Shown here: positions 1 to 9,484 of the stretch, piece by piece
Numbering within the stretch: the stretch's first letter is position 1
Layout: every line of letters starts with the position of its first letter
Assembly (NCBI GenBank): GCA_965215185.1
Contig: OZ244034.1
Location: 2,528,001 to 2,592,000 of the forward strand
Source: Acidimicrobiia bacterium
GTDB lineage: Bacteria; Actinomycetota; Acidimicrobiia; Spongiisociales; ZC4RG35
DNA length: 64,000 bases
Reading direction: 5' to 3'
The notes under the pieces: model-generated
What the model saw: the letters and a program-made list of their open reading frames with translations, nothing else
What the model was told of the DNA's origin: nothing
Databases searched by the model: none
Made by a program: the position numbers and the translations under genes

Positions 1-477
1 GCGTCCTCTCTCCACATTGCCCATGGGCTGACCTTTTTCGAAGCTCTGGGTCCATATTCGACCCTCCCGACGCACCTCCGCGTCCAGTTGTTCCGAGAGG
101 GCGTTTACAACCGAAACTCCTACTCCGTGAAGGCCCCCGGAAACCTGGTATGAACCTTTCTCGAATTTGCCTCCGGCATGTAGGACGGTCAGCACCGTGG
201 TGAGAGCGGACATCCTGGTCTGTTTGTGAAGACCCACCGGGATTCCCCGACCGTTGTCAGAGACCCGCACCGTATAGTCGGGCAGCAAAGCCACATCGAT
301 CAGAGTGCAGTGCCCGGCCATCGCCTCGTCGATGGCGTTATCCACCACTTCCCACACCAAATGATGCAATCCCCGCGGGCCGGTCGAGCCGATATACATG
401 CTCGGCCGACGGCGGACCGCTTCCAATCCTTCCAGAACTACGATGTCCCTGGCGGAATAACGTTCGGTGATGGTCAC
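1..477 (-). CDS. gyrB: DNA gyrase subunit B, N-terminal part (runs off window)
   Basis: Manual minus-strand translation from GTG at 477 gives [31 protein letters not shown], the GyrB N-terminal signature; lies downstream of recF. Confidence 0.93.
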   Translation of the reverse strand, partial: MTITERYSARDIVVLEGLEAVRRRPSMYIGSTGPRGLHHLVWEVVDNAIDEAMAGHCTLIDVALLPDYTVRVSDNGRGIPVGLHKQTRMSALTTVLTVLHAGGKFEKGSYQVSGGLHGVGVSVVNALSEQLDAEVRREGRIWTQSFEKGQPMGNVERGR

Positions 478-552
478 TGTCTCACTGCCTTCTTGAAATG
501 GCCTCTCGGGATCGCGGGATGGGGCGGTTCGGCGACCCTGTGTATACACCAT

Positions 553-580
553 ATTCTAACAGGAACCAGTGACATGTCCA
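553..580 (-). promoter_or_regulatory. Putative sigma-A promoter for gyrB
   Basis: Minus strand TGGACA-16 bp-TAGAAT with an extended -10 TG. Confidence 0.5.
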
Positions 581-636
581 CGTTTATAGGATGCCCCACA
601 GAGCTCTTGATAGCGTTTGACCTGGGCTTTTGTTGA

Positions 637-951
637 TTAGGTTGAAGAACGGGCCACCCTAATTCCGATACGGGAAACCACCGGAGACCCGAGGGCCGCG
701 TTTAGCTGTTCCGCCAGTCCTGCGGCGCCATAGCGAAGGAGGGTGGCATCCATTTGGGAGCCCACCTCCACCACCAGATAACCGTCCTCCAAGACCAGCG
801 GGCGGGCTTTATCCCGCCACGGTCCCGAGATCATTTGCCCCCACTCCCTGCGAATCTGGAGATTGGCGCCGACCCCCGGCACCCCCAGCTTCGCCAAGAC
901 CTCTTCCACCTGGGCCCCGGCCCGGACCGGTTCGGTGGGAGGACGGCTCAT
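637..951 (-). CDS. DUF721/DciA-family protein (helicase loader-like)
   Basis: W..MI.G, PL.LEDG.L.VEV.S pattern; conserved position between recF and gyrB; ATG overlaps the recF stop (ATGA). Confidence 0.8.
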   Translation of the reverse strand: MSRPPTEPVRAGAQVEEVLAKLGVPGVGANLQIRREWGQMISGPWRDKARPLVLEDGYLVVEVGSQMDATLLRYGAAGLAEQLNAALGSPVVSRIGIRVARSST

Positions 952-2039
952 CGCAAGCACCCCGAGGAAACTCTCCAGACCTCACCACCGATTGGCGCTT
1001 TTCTCTCGTCCACCGCGGAGATAAAGGTTTGCGTGGCGGGGAGCCAGTTCACCAATGCCTCGGCGCGGCCTTCGTCCAGTTCGCTGAATACGTCATCCAG
1101 GACCAGGATTGGCCGGCATCCCGCCGCCTCTTCCACCGCCTCGTAGATCCCCAGACGGAGGGCAAGGGCCATCGTGCGCTGTTCACCTTGGCTGGCGTAA
1201 AGCCGGGCGTCAAATTTGTTCAGGGTGAGCACGGGATCATCGCGATGCAGCCCGTGGGTGGTAGACCCCACCATAAAATCCCGGCGGCGGCAACTTCGCA
1301 GAGCTTCCGTCAATCGTTGCTCCCATGCGCTTATCTCCATAGTTGGATCAAGATCTCCTCCCCATCCAGACCGGTATTCCAAGGCGAGTTCTTCGCCCAT
1401 CCCGCCAATCGCCGAGACTGCTCGGGATAGCGGACCCAAGACCACCCGAAAAGCGCGGGCGCGCGCCGCCATCACCCTTGCCCCCGACATCGACAATCGC
1501 TGGTCCCAAACGTCCAGGGTGATGTGATCCTCCCGGTCCCCCGATTTCAGGAAGGCATTACGCTGGCGTAGCGCCCTTTGATAGTCGGCTTGATCGGCTT
1601 GGGCAAGAGGCCACAGCAACCCTGCTGTCTCGTCCAACCACTCCCTTCTCAAGGCAGGCCCTCCCTTCACCAACTCCAGATGTTCGGGAATAAACACCAG
1701 TACCCGGCCGGCCCCGGCCAGATCGCTGACCCTCGCGGGCTTAGATCCATTGAGCAACAACCGCCGCCGGTTGGTTCGATACAGGACCAGTTCTATGGTG
1801 TAGGGCGCCTCGTCATCCGTCTCCCCCCTGATGGCCGCCAGCTCCCGGTCCGTGGCTACCAGTACACGGTCCGGTGCTCTACGGAAAGAAGTTCCCGTGA
1901 ATAGTATCCCGACCGCCTCCAACAGGTTGGTCTTACCCACACCGTTGTCGCCAACCACCAGATTGATTCCGGCTGACGGCGTCCACTGTAACTCCGGGTA
2001 GGATCGAAACCCGGCCAGCGTTAGCCAGGCCAACGCCAT
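948..2039 (-). CDS. recF: DNA replication/repair protein RecF
   Basis: FRSY, Walker A GDNGVGKTNLLEA, SQGEQR and LDDVFSELD motifs. Confidence 0.97.
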   Translation of the reverse strand: MALAWLTLAGFRSYPELQWTPSAGINLVVGDNGVGKTNLLEAVGILFTGTSFRRAPDRVLVATDRELAAIRGETDDEAPYTIELVLYRTNRRRLLLNGSKPARVSDLAGAGRVLVFIPEHLELVKGGPALRREWLDETAGLLWPLAQADQADYQRALRQRNAFLKSGDREDHITLDVWDQRLSMSGARVMAARARAFRVVLGPLSRAVSAIGGMGEELALEYRSGWGGDLDPTMEISAWEQRLTEALRSCRRRDFMVGSTTHGLHRDDPVLTLNKFDARLYASQGEQRTMALALRLGIYEAVEEAAGCRPILVLDDVFSELDEGRAEALVNWLPATQTFISAVDERKAPIGGEVWRVSSGCLR

Positions 2040-3128
2040 CTATACGTTGACCGGCATCAACAGATAGAGAAACTCTTCTCGCCCAGGGTCGTCTATCACG
2101 CTTGGTTTCATTCCATCGATAATCCGCAGGCGCACTTTCTCTGCGCCGGTCGCCACCACCCCGTCCGACAGATACCGTGGGTTGAACGCGACTACGAGAC
2201 TGCTGCTCTCTCCCTGAAAATCCCCTTCCACATAGTCGGTGGCCCTGCCAACGTCCTGGCGTATCACGTTGACTTCCGCTCCGCCATCGCTGATGGTCAA
2301 CCTGATCGGATAATGATCTTCGGCGACCAGTTCCATACGCCGAATCGTCTCGAGCAGTGCGTCTCGAGCACACACAAACTGGTTCGGATACTGACTGGGC
2401 AACAGAGTCTCGTACTTAGGGAAGTTTCCTTCGATCATTCGTAACCGCAGCGTGCCCGCAGTCGAGCTGAACACGCCTTCCCGGTTGGTGAATGCCACCT
2501 CGACTTTGCTCGCCCCTACTGTGTTGGGCAGTTCACGGAGTCCCCGCGCCGGCAATAATCCGGTGGCTCCCAACCCGATGGCCGGCAAATCACGAAGCGC
2601 CAGCCGGTAAGAGTCCGTGGCAACCATACGAAGACGTTCAGCGGTGGACTCCAACAGGACGCCGGTCAGCACGGCCCTCCCCACGTCGGTGGAGGCTGCC
2701 GGGGCCACTTGCTTAATGGCCTCGGTCAAACTTTCTCCGTCCACCTCCATTCCGTTACTCACGGCAGCTGAAAGTTTCGGAAAATCCTCAGACAACTGCC
2801 GCAATGTGTATACGGGCTGAGGATTCTCGCCGGAGATCTCCAGTTCCGCCTGATCACTCGCCCGCAGAGTCACCATACCGGGCGGCATGCGCCGCACGGC
2901 CTGGGTGAACAACCTTCCAGGAACCACCGCCTTTCCCCATTCCTCGACTTCGGCACTTATCTCGCTTCGTACCGTCACGTCTAGATCGGTCCCGGTAACA
3001 GCCAGCTTGCCCTCCGAGGCTTCGCATAACAGTCCCTGCAGCACAGGAACGGAACTGCGCGAACCGACCGCTCTCTGCGCACGTCCCAAAGCGTCAGCAA
3101 GGTGCTCACGGTTGGCTCGAATCTTCAC
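2040..3128 (-). CDS. dnaN: DNA polymerase III beta sliding clamp
   Basis: GTDLD, ATDSYRLA, FNPRYL and LLMPV motifs; position next to dnaA. Confidence 0.97.
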   Translation of the reverse strand: MKIRANREHLADALGRAQRAVGSRSSVPVLQGLLCEASEGKLAVTGTDLDVTVRSEISAEVEEWGKAVVPGRLFTQAVRRMPPGMVTLRASDQAELEISGENPQPVYTLRQLSEDFPKLSAAVSNGMEVDGESLTEAIKQVAPAASTDVGRAVLTGVLLESTAERLRMVATDSYRLALRDLPAIGLGATGLLPARGLRELPNTVGASKVEVAFTNREGVFSSTAGTLRLRMIEGNFPKYETLLPSQYPNQFVCARDALLETIRRMELVAEDHYPIRLTISDGGAEVNVIRQDVGRATDYVEGDFQGESSSLVVAFNPRYLSDGVVATGAEKVRLRIIDGMKPSVIDDPGREEFLYLLMPVNV

Positions 3129-3315
3129 AAGAATGCTCCCTTCTTCGACTTCTATTTTTAAAAATAATCATCGTTGTGACAGTAGGTGCTGTCGGCAGTC
3201 GACAGCTTCGTGAATATACGCTGAAAGCTGGAGGAACTACAAGGTTGTTTGTACACCACGGTACAAGGTTGTATGCCACGGACGGCGCTAGGAACAGGAT
3301 TTGGCCGAGGAGACA
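3129..3315. other. Probable oriC (dnaA-dnaN intergenic region)
   Basis: Typical actinobacterial oriC location; AT-rich tract CTTCTATTTTTAAAAATAATCATC next to the dnaN start with trio-like NAN repeats; only non-canonical box-like 9-mers. Confidence 0.65.
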
Positions 3316-4728
3316 TCACGGCTTGTAGATAGCGTTGTGGATAGCTGTGACACGAGCAGCGAATTGCTTGTCGGAAGAGATCTGGGAGACAATTCTCTGA
3401 TAGGCGGAAAGCACCGTGGAGTGACCCCTGTTGAAGGCCACACCTATGCGGGCAAAGGGAAGGCCCGTGATTTCTCGGGTTAGATACATGGCTACCTGCC
3501 GGGCAAGTGAAGGGATGGGGCGTCGGTTGTGGTGGAGGACTTCCTCCACCGTAGTGTGGAATGCCTCGGCGCAGGCGGCCATGATGGTTTCGGGAGTGTT
3601 CGGCAGAGAGAGCTCACCAGAGAGGGGAGCAAGTTGATGAAAGGCGCTATCGGGGGTGAGCGGACGTCTCGTCAGCTTTGAGTAGGCGGTGAGCTGGTGC
3701 ATAGCGCCCACCAAATCGCGGATGTTGTTTGTGACGTGGTTAGCAATGATGCAGAGCACCTCGTCGCCCAGGGAGGTGGGGGCGGATTTTTCCAAGCGAC
3801 GAAGAATTCCAAGACGGGTTTCGAAGGCAGGAGGAGCGATCTCGGTGAGTAGCCCTGCGGAGATGCGGCTTCTTATACGATCCTGGATAGCCGGGAGTTC
3901 GCGGGGGCGACGATCACACCCGAGCACGATTTGTTTTCCGTCCTGGTGCAGGCTGTCGAAAGTCCAGTAGAATTCCTCAAGGGTTTGTTGCTTTCCCTCC
4001 AAAAACTGAAAATCGTCTAGGACGAGCATGTCGACCTGGCGAAAGCGTTGCCGGAACCGGCCCATTTGCCGCTGGCCGACGCACTGTATGAATTGTTGGA
4101 CGAATGCCTCCGAACTGCAGTAGCGGACCGCTAATTCGGGATTGCGTTGCCGGGTGCTGTGAGCGATGGCATGGAGCAAATGGCTTTTTCCGAGCCCGGA
4201 TGATCCGTAGATGAACAAGGGGTTGTAACGGGTCCCGGGGTTTTCGGCCACCGCTGATGCGGCGGCATATGCGAAGAGGTTGGAGGATCCCACCTCGAAA
4301 TTGTCGAAGCGATGATGGTTGGAGGGATGGCGGGCTCCCTGCGGTTTTGGATTCCTCGGTTTCTGTTCGGGCAGTCGGGCTGCGGAGACCATGGGAGTTT
4401 CGGAAGGCTCGGTTTGCCCGCGCGGTTTGCCCGGATTGACTGTGACCCGCACTGCTCGCAGGGAGGTACCGTCATCTGCGGTCCTGGCTGCTTTCTCCAC
4501 CGCGGGAAGAAACCGCGTGACCACCTGGTTGGCGACAAACCGGCTGGGAGCCTCCAAAAGGATTTCGGAAGGCGTGAGCGAAATATGAAGGTCTTTGAAC
4601 CAACGCGACCAGTCATCGGCAGAAGTTTGGGCGGTGAGCACTTCGCGAAAGAGGCGTTGGTCGAGTTGCGGCGCGGGCGGGTTCAAGGCAGGTATCTCCA
4701 CCGTGGCGGATGGCAGCCAACCCGCCAT
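3316..4728 (-). CDS. dnaA: Chromosomal replication initiator DnaA
   Basis: YNPLFIYGSSGLGKSHLL, LDDFQF, ARQVAMYL and RGHSTV motifs; start codon approximate. Confidence 0.96.
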   Translation of the reverse strand: MAGWLPSATVEIPALNPPAPQLDQRLFREVLTAQTSADDWSRWFKDLHISLTPSEILLEAPSRFVANQVVTRFLPAVEKAARTADDGTSLRAVRVTVNPGKPRGQTEPSETPMVSAARLPEQKPRNPKPQGARHPSNHHRFDNFEVGSSNLFAYAAASAVAENPGTRYNPLFIYGSSGLGKSHLLHAIAHSTRQRNPELAVRYCSSEAFVQQFIQCVGQRQMGRFRQRFRQVDMLVLDDFQFLEGKQQTLEEFYWTFDSLHQDGKQIVLGCDRRPRELPAIQDRIRSRISAGLLTEIAPPAFETRLGILRRLEKSAPTSLGDEVLCIIANHVTNNIRDLVGAMHQLTAYSKLTRRPLTPDSAFHQLAPLSGELSLPNTPETIMAACAEAFHTTVEEVLHHNRRPIPSLARQVAMYLTREITGLPFARIGVAFNRGHSTVLSAYQRIVSQISSDKQFAARVTAIHNAIYKP

Positions 4729-5160
4729 CGCGGGGTAGGTGGCTTAGTCGCAACGGAACTGTCGGTGGTCGGGGGCTGTAGTTGAAAAGGAGGCTTTTGC
4801 GGAAAATACCGAACAGAACTGTCGATGACGCCGGCCCGGTAAGACCAGTGTAAGGAGCAAGGCCCTAGCTTGATCGGGGAGGCGTCACCCACCCCTGATC
4901 CAGCCTTCAATGTGGGTTGTACCTGGGGAACATGCCCGGAGGAGCGGAACGAAGTAGGAAAACCCAATGTGGTTTGACCAGCGAAACTACACCGATGAAA
5001 GTCATCGAAGGGTTCTTCGCGACTTCGGCTCTTTTTTTTGCCACATGACGGGGGATTTTCACGGGTTTGTAAGCAGCTTGTTATAACAAGTTCACCATCC
5101 GGTTACGCATGAGACCCTGGGAGGCGCTGGTCATCGACCTGTTTGCAGACCAGTGCCAGC

Positions 5161-5700
5161 TTACGGCGACGGGGGGTGCAAATCCAGGGAGCGGCCAGCG
5201 ACCATCAACCTGACCCGATCCGCACGGCTGGCGATCAGCTGGTTTACCCGCCCCAGAGAGTCGCGATACAGACGACCGAGGGGGGAAGCGGGCACAATAC
5301 CAAACCCAACCTCGTTGCTGACCAGAATCCAGGCGGCGTGGGTGCTATCGATCATGTCTAAGAGTCGACCGGCGGCTTCCACGATGATTCGCTCGACATC
5401 GGCGTGTCTTTCGTTCTTCAGCAGCAGATTGCTCACCCACAGAGTGAGACAGTCCAACAGGAAAATGTCATAGCGGTTGAGGTGCGGGGAAAGCGCGTCT
5501 ATCAGATCGATCGGCTCCTCCAACGTGTCCCACTGTGGTGGCCGGCTCTTCCGGTGGGCCGCGATGCGTCTTTTCATCTCCTCATCCAGCGCCTCGGCCG
5601 TGGCGACGAACAAGACCCGTTGCCCGCCCTGAGCCATCTTTTCCGCGATGGTGCTTTTCCCGGAGCGGACCCCGCCGAGTATCAGGGTGACGTGCGGCAT
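5161..5700 (-). CDS. cobU: Bifunctional adenosylcobinamide kinase / cobinamide-phosphate guanylyltransferase
   Basis: LILGGVRSGKS, DCLTLWVSN and VSNEVG.GIVP motifs; ATG at 5700 overlaps the cobS stop. Confidence 0.95.
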   Translation of the reverse strand: MPHVTLILGGVRSGKSTIAEKMAQGGQRVLFVATAEALDEEMKRRIAAHRKSRPPQWDTLEEPIDLIDALSPHLNRYDIFLLDCLTLWVSNLLLKNERHADVERIIVEAAGRLLDMIDSTHAAWILVSNEVGFGIVPASPLGRLYRDSLGRVNQLIASRADRVRLMVAGRSLDLHPPSP

Positions 5701-6524
5701 CAGGGTGACGACGCCATGGCGATCCCGAAGGGTGGGGACAGCACAGCCGGGTCCGCCGAGACCAGGAGGGCGGCGAGCAGGAGAGCGCAGACCTCCACGG
5801 TCTCGTTGACAGCCCCGTAGACATCGCCGGTCATGCCTCCCAGCAGCCTGGTCGCCCACGCTCCGATCGCCCAGGCCAACAGGCTGGCCAGGGCGACCAT
5901 CATCAGTCCCCAAGGCCCGACCAGACCTACGGCGGCCAGCAATGTGACAGCGAGACCAAAGAGGACCTGTGCCTTGGTTCGACGCTGCAGAAAGGCAACG
6001 CCCAGGCCCTGCGATCTTGCGTACGGAAACAGTTCCATGGAAAGCAAGATGGCCCAGCGGGAAAGGCATGGAAACAGGATGAGCATCCAGGCGCGGCTTG
6101 GCGCCGGCAAAGCGGTGAGGGCTGTGACCTTCAACAGCAGGAGACAGACCACTCCAACCACCGCGAAAGCGCCCACATGGGGGTCCTTGAGTATTTGCAG
6201 ACGGCGCGGGGGGTGGGAGTCGCCGAAGAAGGCGTCACAGGTATCCATGAAACCATCCAGATGGAGAGCTCGGGTGAGAACAACCAGGGCCAACACCACC
6301 AGCACGCTCAGAAACACCGGGTAGGGTCCCTGATCGCTTGGGCCGAGGCCCACAGCACCTGCCTGGTAGCCCCATCGCAGACCCAGGTCCAACACCGCCA
6401 GGATGGCGCCCAGGAGCAGGCCGACAACCGGAAACCACATGCGCGCGGAGGCGAGAGCCGACGCCGGGCCCGGCTTCACCGGCAGAATGGTCAGAAAAGC
6501 CATGGCCGAGCGCGGTCCCTTCAT
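5700..6524 (-). CDS. cobS: Adenosylcobinamide-GDP ribazoletransferase (cobalamin synthase)
   Basis: FLTILP, LHLDGFMDTCD, KDPHVGAF and GGMTGDVYGA motifs; polytopic membrane protein. Confidence 0.95.
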   Translation of the reverse strand: MKGPRSAMAFLTILPVKPGPASALASARMWFPVVGLLLGAILAVLDLGLRWGYQAGAVGLGPSDQGPYPVFLSVLVVLALVVLTRALHLDGFMDTCDAFFGDSHPPRRLQILKDPHVGAFAVVGVVCLLLLKVTALTALPAPSRAWMLILFPCLSRWAILLSMELFPYARSQGLGVAFLQRRTKAQVLFGLAVTLLAAVGLVGPWGLMMVALASLLAWAIGAWATRLLGGMTGDVYGAVNETVEVCALLLAALLVSADPAVLSPPFGIAMASSP

Positions 6525-6536
6525 TCCCGCAGGTCC

Positions 6537-7592
6537 TTATGCATCGGGCTTGGCTTCCTCGCGGTCTGACACGCCAGCTTCTTCGAATGTGGACATCTCT
6601 GACAGGCAGGCCGCGGCCGCCTCGACGATGGTCATGGCCAGCACCGCCCCGGTCCCCTCCCCCAGTCGCATGCCCAGATCCAGCAGGGGACGCAGACCTA
6701 GATGCGACAGCACGGCGGCATGGCCTTTCTCGGCCGAGCGGTGCGATGCGATCATGTAGTGGCGCGACTCGGCGCAAAGACCGTGAGCCAAGAGGGCTGC
6801 TGCCCCGGAGATGAAGCCATCCAGCAAGACGGCGCGGCGCCGGGCGGCAGCTCCCAAGGCGACTCCGGCCAGGACACCAATCTCGAACCCACCCACCTTG
6901 CTTAGCACCTCAAGAGGGTTGGACGGATCGGGCTCATTGATCTGCAGCGCCTTTCTCACTACGTCTATCTTGTGTTGTAATTGATCGGGGGTACGTCCTG
7001 TGCCTTCGCCGGTGATGTCCGAAGGTGGTCTGGCGGTCATAACCGCGGTTATGGCGCTCGACGAAGTTGTGTTTCCGATCCCCATATCGCCGGTGGCGAT
7101 CAGGTCAGCACCCGCATCGGCGACCTCCACGGCGAGGTTGATACCCGCTTCCACGCAACCAATCGCCTGATCTAGGGTCATGGCGGGACCGACGCTGATG
7201 TCGCCCGTTCCGAGTCCCATCCGAAGGCTGCGGAGGTCGGCATGGGCCGGCAGTTCAGGGCCGGCGATCCCGGCGTCCACCACGATCTGACGGACGTCGA
7301 GCAAGTTGGCCATAACGCTGACGGCGGCACCGCCCGCCAGGAAGTTCAGCGCCATTTGCGATGTGACGGCTTGTGGGTAACCGGTGACTCCCTGAGCCGT
7401 GACGCCGTGATCGCCTGCTGCCACTATCACGGCTTTCCCGCGGATCGCCGGACGCTCGTCACCAAATATGCCGGCCAGTTGAATCGAGATCTCCTCAAGG
7501 CGACCCAGAGCGCCGGGCGGTTTGGTTAGGGACCCCTGTCGGGCAGTGGCGCGTTCCATGGCTGCGGCATCAGCCGGGCGGATCTGCTCCAA
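6537..7592 (-). CDS. cobT: Nicotinate-nucleotide-dimethylbenzimidazole phosphoribosyltransferase
   Basis: LTKPPGALGRLE, AGDHGV, GDMGIGNTT, DGFI and RLGEGTGA motifs; start uncertain (TTG at 7592 chosen, ORF open to 7787). Confidence 0.93.
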   Translation of the reverse strand: MEQIRPADAAAMERATARQGSLTKPPGALGRLEEISIQLAGIFGDERPAIRGKAVIVAAGDHGVTAQGVTGYPQAVTSQMALNFLAGGAAVSVMANLLDVRQIVVDAGIAGPELPAHADLRSLRMGLGTGDISVGPAMTLDQAIGCVEAGINLAVEVADAGADLIATGDMGIGNTTSSSAITAVMTARPPSDITGEGTGRTPDQLQHKIDVVRKALQINEPDPSNPLEVLSKVGGFEIGVLAGVALGAAARRRAVLLDGFISGAAALLAHGLCAESRHYMIASHRSAEKGHAAVLSHLGLRPLLDLGMRLGEGTGAVLAMTIVEAAAACLSEMSTFEEAGVSDREEAKPDA

Positions 7593-7820
7593 AGCCCGCC
7601 ACAGCGTAAGTTGCCGGTACGCCGCCGGAACGCAAGGGGTGGCGCCACTCCCCCGCCAGCGGGATGGAGCGGCACCCGGCGGCCCTCCGATGCTGGATCC
7701 TTGCAGGTACGGGGTAAATAACATTAGTGTAATTCGCGTGGTGGGTTCTTCAAATATAGCCAATTGTCTCAGGGGTGGGAGTTCCACCTGGCCGGATCAA
7801 CCGGCCTGTGTGGTTCTGTC

Positions 7821-7849
7821 TTGACTTCGGTAGGATTTTGCGATAGCCT
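7821..7849 (+). promoter_or_regulatory. Putative sigma-A promoter of the rpmH operon
   Basis: TTGACT-17 bp-TAGCCT upstream of rpmH. Confidence 0.6.
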
Positions 7850-7891
7850 TTGTGCGTCAATTCCCCGACGATTTTTCCAGGTGCGTAACAA

Positions 7892-8026
7892 ATGAAGAGG
7901 ACCTACCAACCAAAGGTTCGCCGTCGCAAGCGTCGGCACGGATTCCGTCACCGGATGCGCACCCGCGCCGGCCGGGCGGTAATCCGGTCCCGGAGGAAAA
8001 AGGGTCGCAGGCGTCTGTCTGCCTGA
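7892..8026 (+). CDS. rpmH: 50S ribosomal protein L34
   Basis: Manual translation [44 protein letters not shown] (below the ORF track size cut-off). Confidence 0.97.
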   Translation: MKRTYQPKVRRRKRRHGFRHRMRTRAGRAVIRSRRKKGRRRLSA

Positions 8027-8355
8027 AGATCCCGAATTACGAGCCGCTTCGCACCTCTAGACATTTCAGCTTGGTATTCTCGCGAGGAAAACGGTGTCGT
8101 GTGGGCGGCCTAACGGTCGTTTCGGCGCCGGGTGCCACAGGCCGGGTCCGGATCGGCTTGGTGGTTGGTCGCCGGGTAGGCGCGGCCGTGGTTCGCAACC
8201 GCGTCAAACGGCGTTTGCGCGCCGCCTTGGCAGAGGCTAACCCGCCGGTGGGGCGCGATTATGTAATCGTGGCCACCCGGCAAGTGGCTGACACGCCCTT
8301 TCGGAAGTTGGTGGAATGGCTTGAGACTGCGCTTGGAGAACGATTCGAAGAATGA
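8023..8355 (+). CDS. rnpA: Ribonuclease P protein component
   Basis: [24 protein letters not shown] motif; start approximate. Confidence 0.92.
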   Translation: MKIPNYEPLRTSRHFSLVFSRGKRCRVGGLTVVSAPGATGRVRIGLVVGRRVGAAVVRNRVKRRLRAALAEANPPVGRDYVIVATRQVADTPFRKLVEWLETALGERFEE

Positions 8356-8621
8356 AAAAACCTGAACAGAAAACAGCAAGCCTGTCTGCGAATGCCTTGG
8401 TGAAGTCGCTGGAATTCTATCAGATGTCGATCAGTCCCGCCTTTGGGCGCCGGTGCCGGTATCTGCCAACTTGCTCGGCTTACGCCAAGACCGCCATTGA
8501 ACGTTATGGCACCTGGAAAGGGGCGTCGCTGGCTGGGCGTCGCCTGCTGCGCTGTCACCCCTTTGGGTCCAGCGGGTTTGATCCGGTGCCATGCCGGGAA
8601 CAGGGAGTGAAATCGTGTTAG
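8352..8621 (+). CDS. yidD: Membrane protein insertion efficiency factor
   Basis: YQMSISP, CRYLPTCSAY and RCHPF.SSGFDPVP motifs. Confidence 0.95.
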   Translation: MKKPEQKTASLSANALVKSLEFYQMSISPAFGRRCRYLPTCSAYAKTAIERYGTWKGASLAGRRLLRCHPFGSSGFDPVPCREQGVKSC

Positions 8622-9481
8622 AGCCTTGGTGGATGTTGTGGGACCTCATCAAAGAGGGACTCGGTTGGTCCTTTGCCACCGCATACTCCTTCATTCCCAA
8701 CTTCGGTATAGCGATCATCCTGGTGACGATCCTGATCAACACCTTGCTGTTTCCGCTCACCCTCAAGCAAACCCGGTCAAGTCGGGCGATGATGGCCATC
8801 CAGCCCGAACTGCAGCGCATTCGTCGCGATTACAAGGACCAGCGCGAGGAGATGCAGCGTCGCATGACGGAGTTGCAGCGCAAACAGGGGGCTTCACCGT
8901 TGGGCTGTTTGGGCCCACTCCTGCTCCAGTCACCCATACTGTTCGCCATTTTTAGAGTGCTGAATGATCCGACCGGTCTGCAGAGCGACCTGTCCCCCGT
9001 TCCGCCCGGAAGCGCCCTATGGGAAGCAATCCGGGCCGATGAGGCATTCTTTGTGGGAATGGACTTGGCGGTGCCGCCTTCGGGAGCGATCACCGCCGGG
9101 CTGGTGGCCGCGATCCCCTATCTGATCACCATGATCCTTATGATCGCCATCCAATACATTCAGCAGTGGTACACACAACGCGACCAGGCAGCTGCGGGGG
9201 GAGATCGCCAGAAGCGGCAAATGCAGATGTTTACTCGTATCATGCCGCTCTTTTTGGGGTTCATTTCGTGGAACTTTCCCGCGGGGCTGTTGCTGTATTG
9301 GACAACTTCCAATGTGGTTCGCTTGGGACAGCAAGTCACCATCAATTGGATGGACGGACGCCCCGAGCCGCCAACTGCTCTGGGCAACGAGAACAAGCCG
9401 GACTTGGGAGGCGCTCCATCGCCCACCCCCCCACACCCGAGTTCTGCTAAGAAATCAAGAAGGAGGAAGAGGAGGAACTAA
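8615..9481 (+). CDS. yidC: Membrane protein insertase YidC
   Basis: FGIAII, IQPEL, GCLGPLLLQ and PAGLLLYWTTSN motifs. Confidence 0.95.
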   Translation: MLEPWWMLWDLIKEGLGWSFATAYSFIPNFGIAIILVTILINTLLFPLTLKQTRSSRAMMAIQPELQRIRRDYKDQREEMQRRMTELQRKQGASPLGCLGPLLLQSPILFAIFRVLNDPTGLQSDLSPVPPGSALWEAIRADEAFFVGMDLAVPPSGAITAGLVAAIPYLITMILMIAIQYIQQWYTQRDQAAAGGDRQKRQMQMFTRIMPLFLGFISWNFPAGLLLYWTTSNVVRLGQQVTINWMDGRPEPPTALGNENKPDLGGAPSPTPPHPSSAKKSRRRKRRN

Positions 9482-9484
9482 GAC

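Noticed and set aside
226-636. 136-aa plus-strand ORF
   Set aside because: Antisense shadow of gyrB.
7600-7800. Cobalamin riboswitch upstream of cobT
   Set aside because: No recognisable GGGAA / GCCACTG B12-box arrangement on the minus strand.
7852-8022. N-terminal extension of the RnpA ORF
   Set aside because: Overlaps rpmH in another frame.
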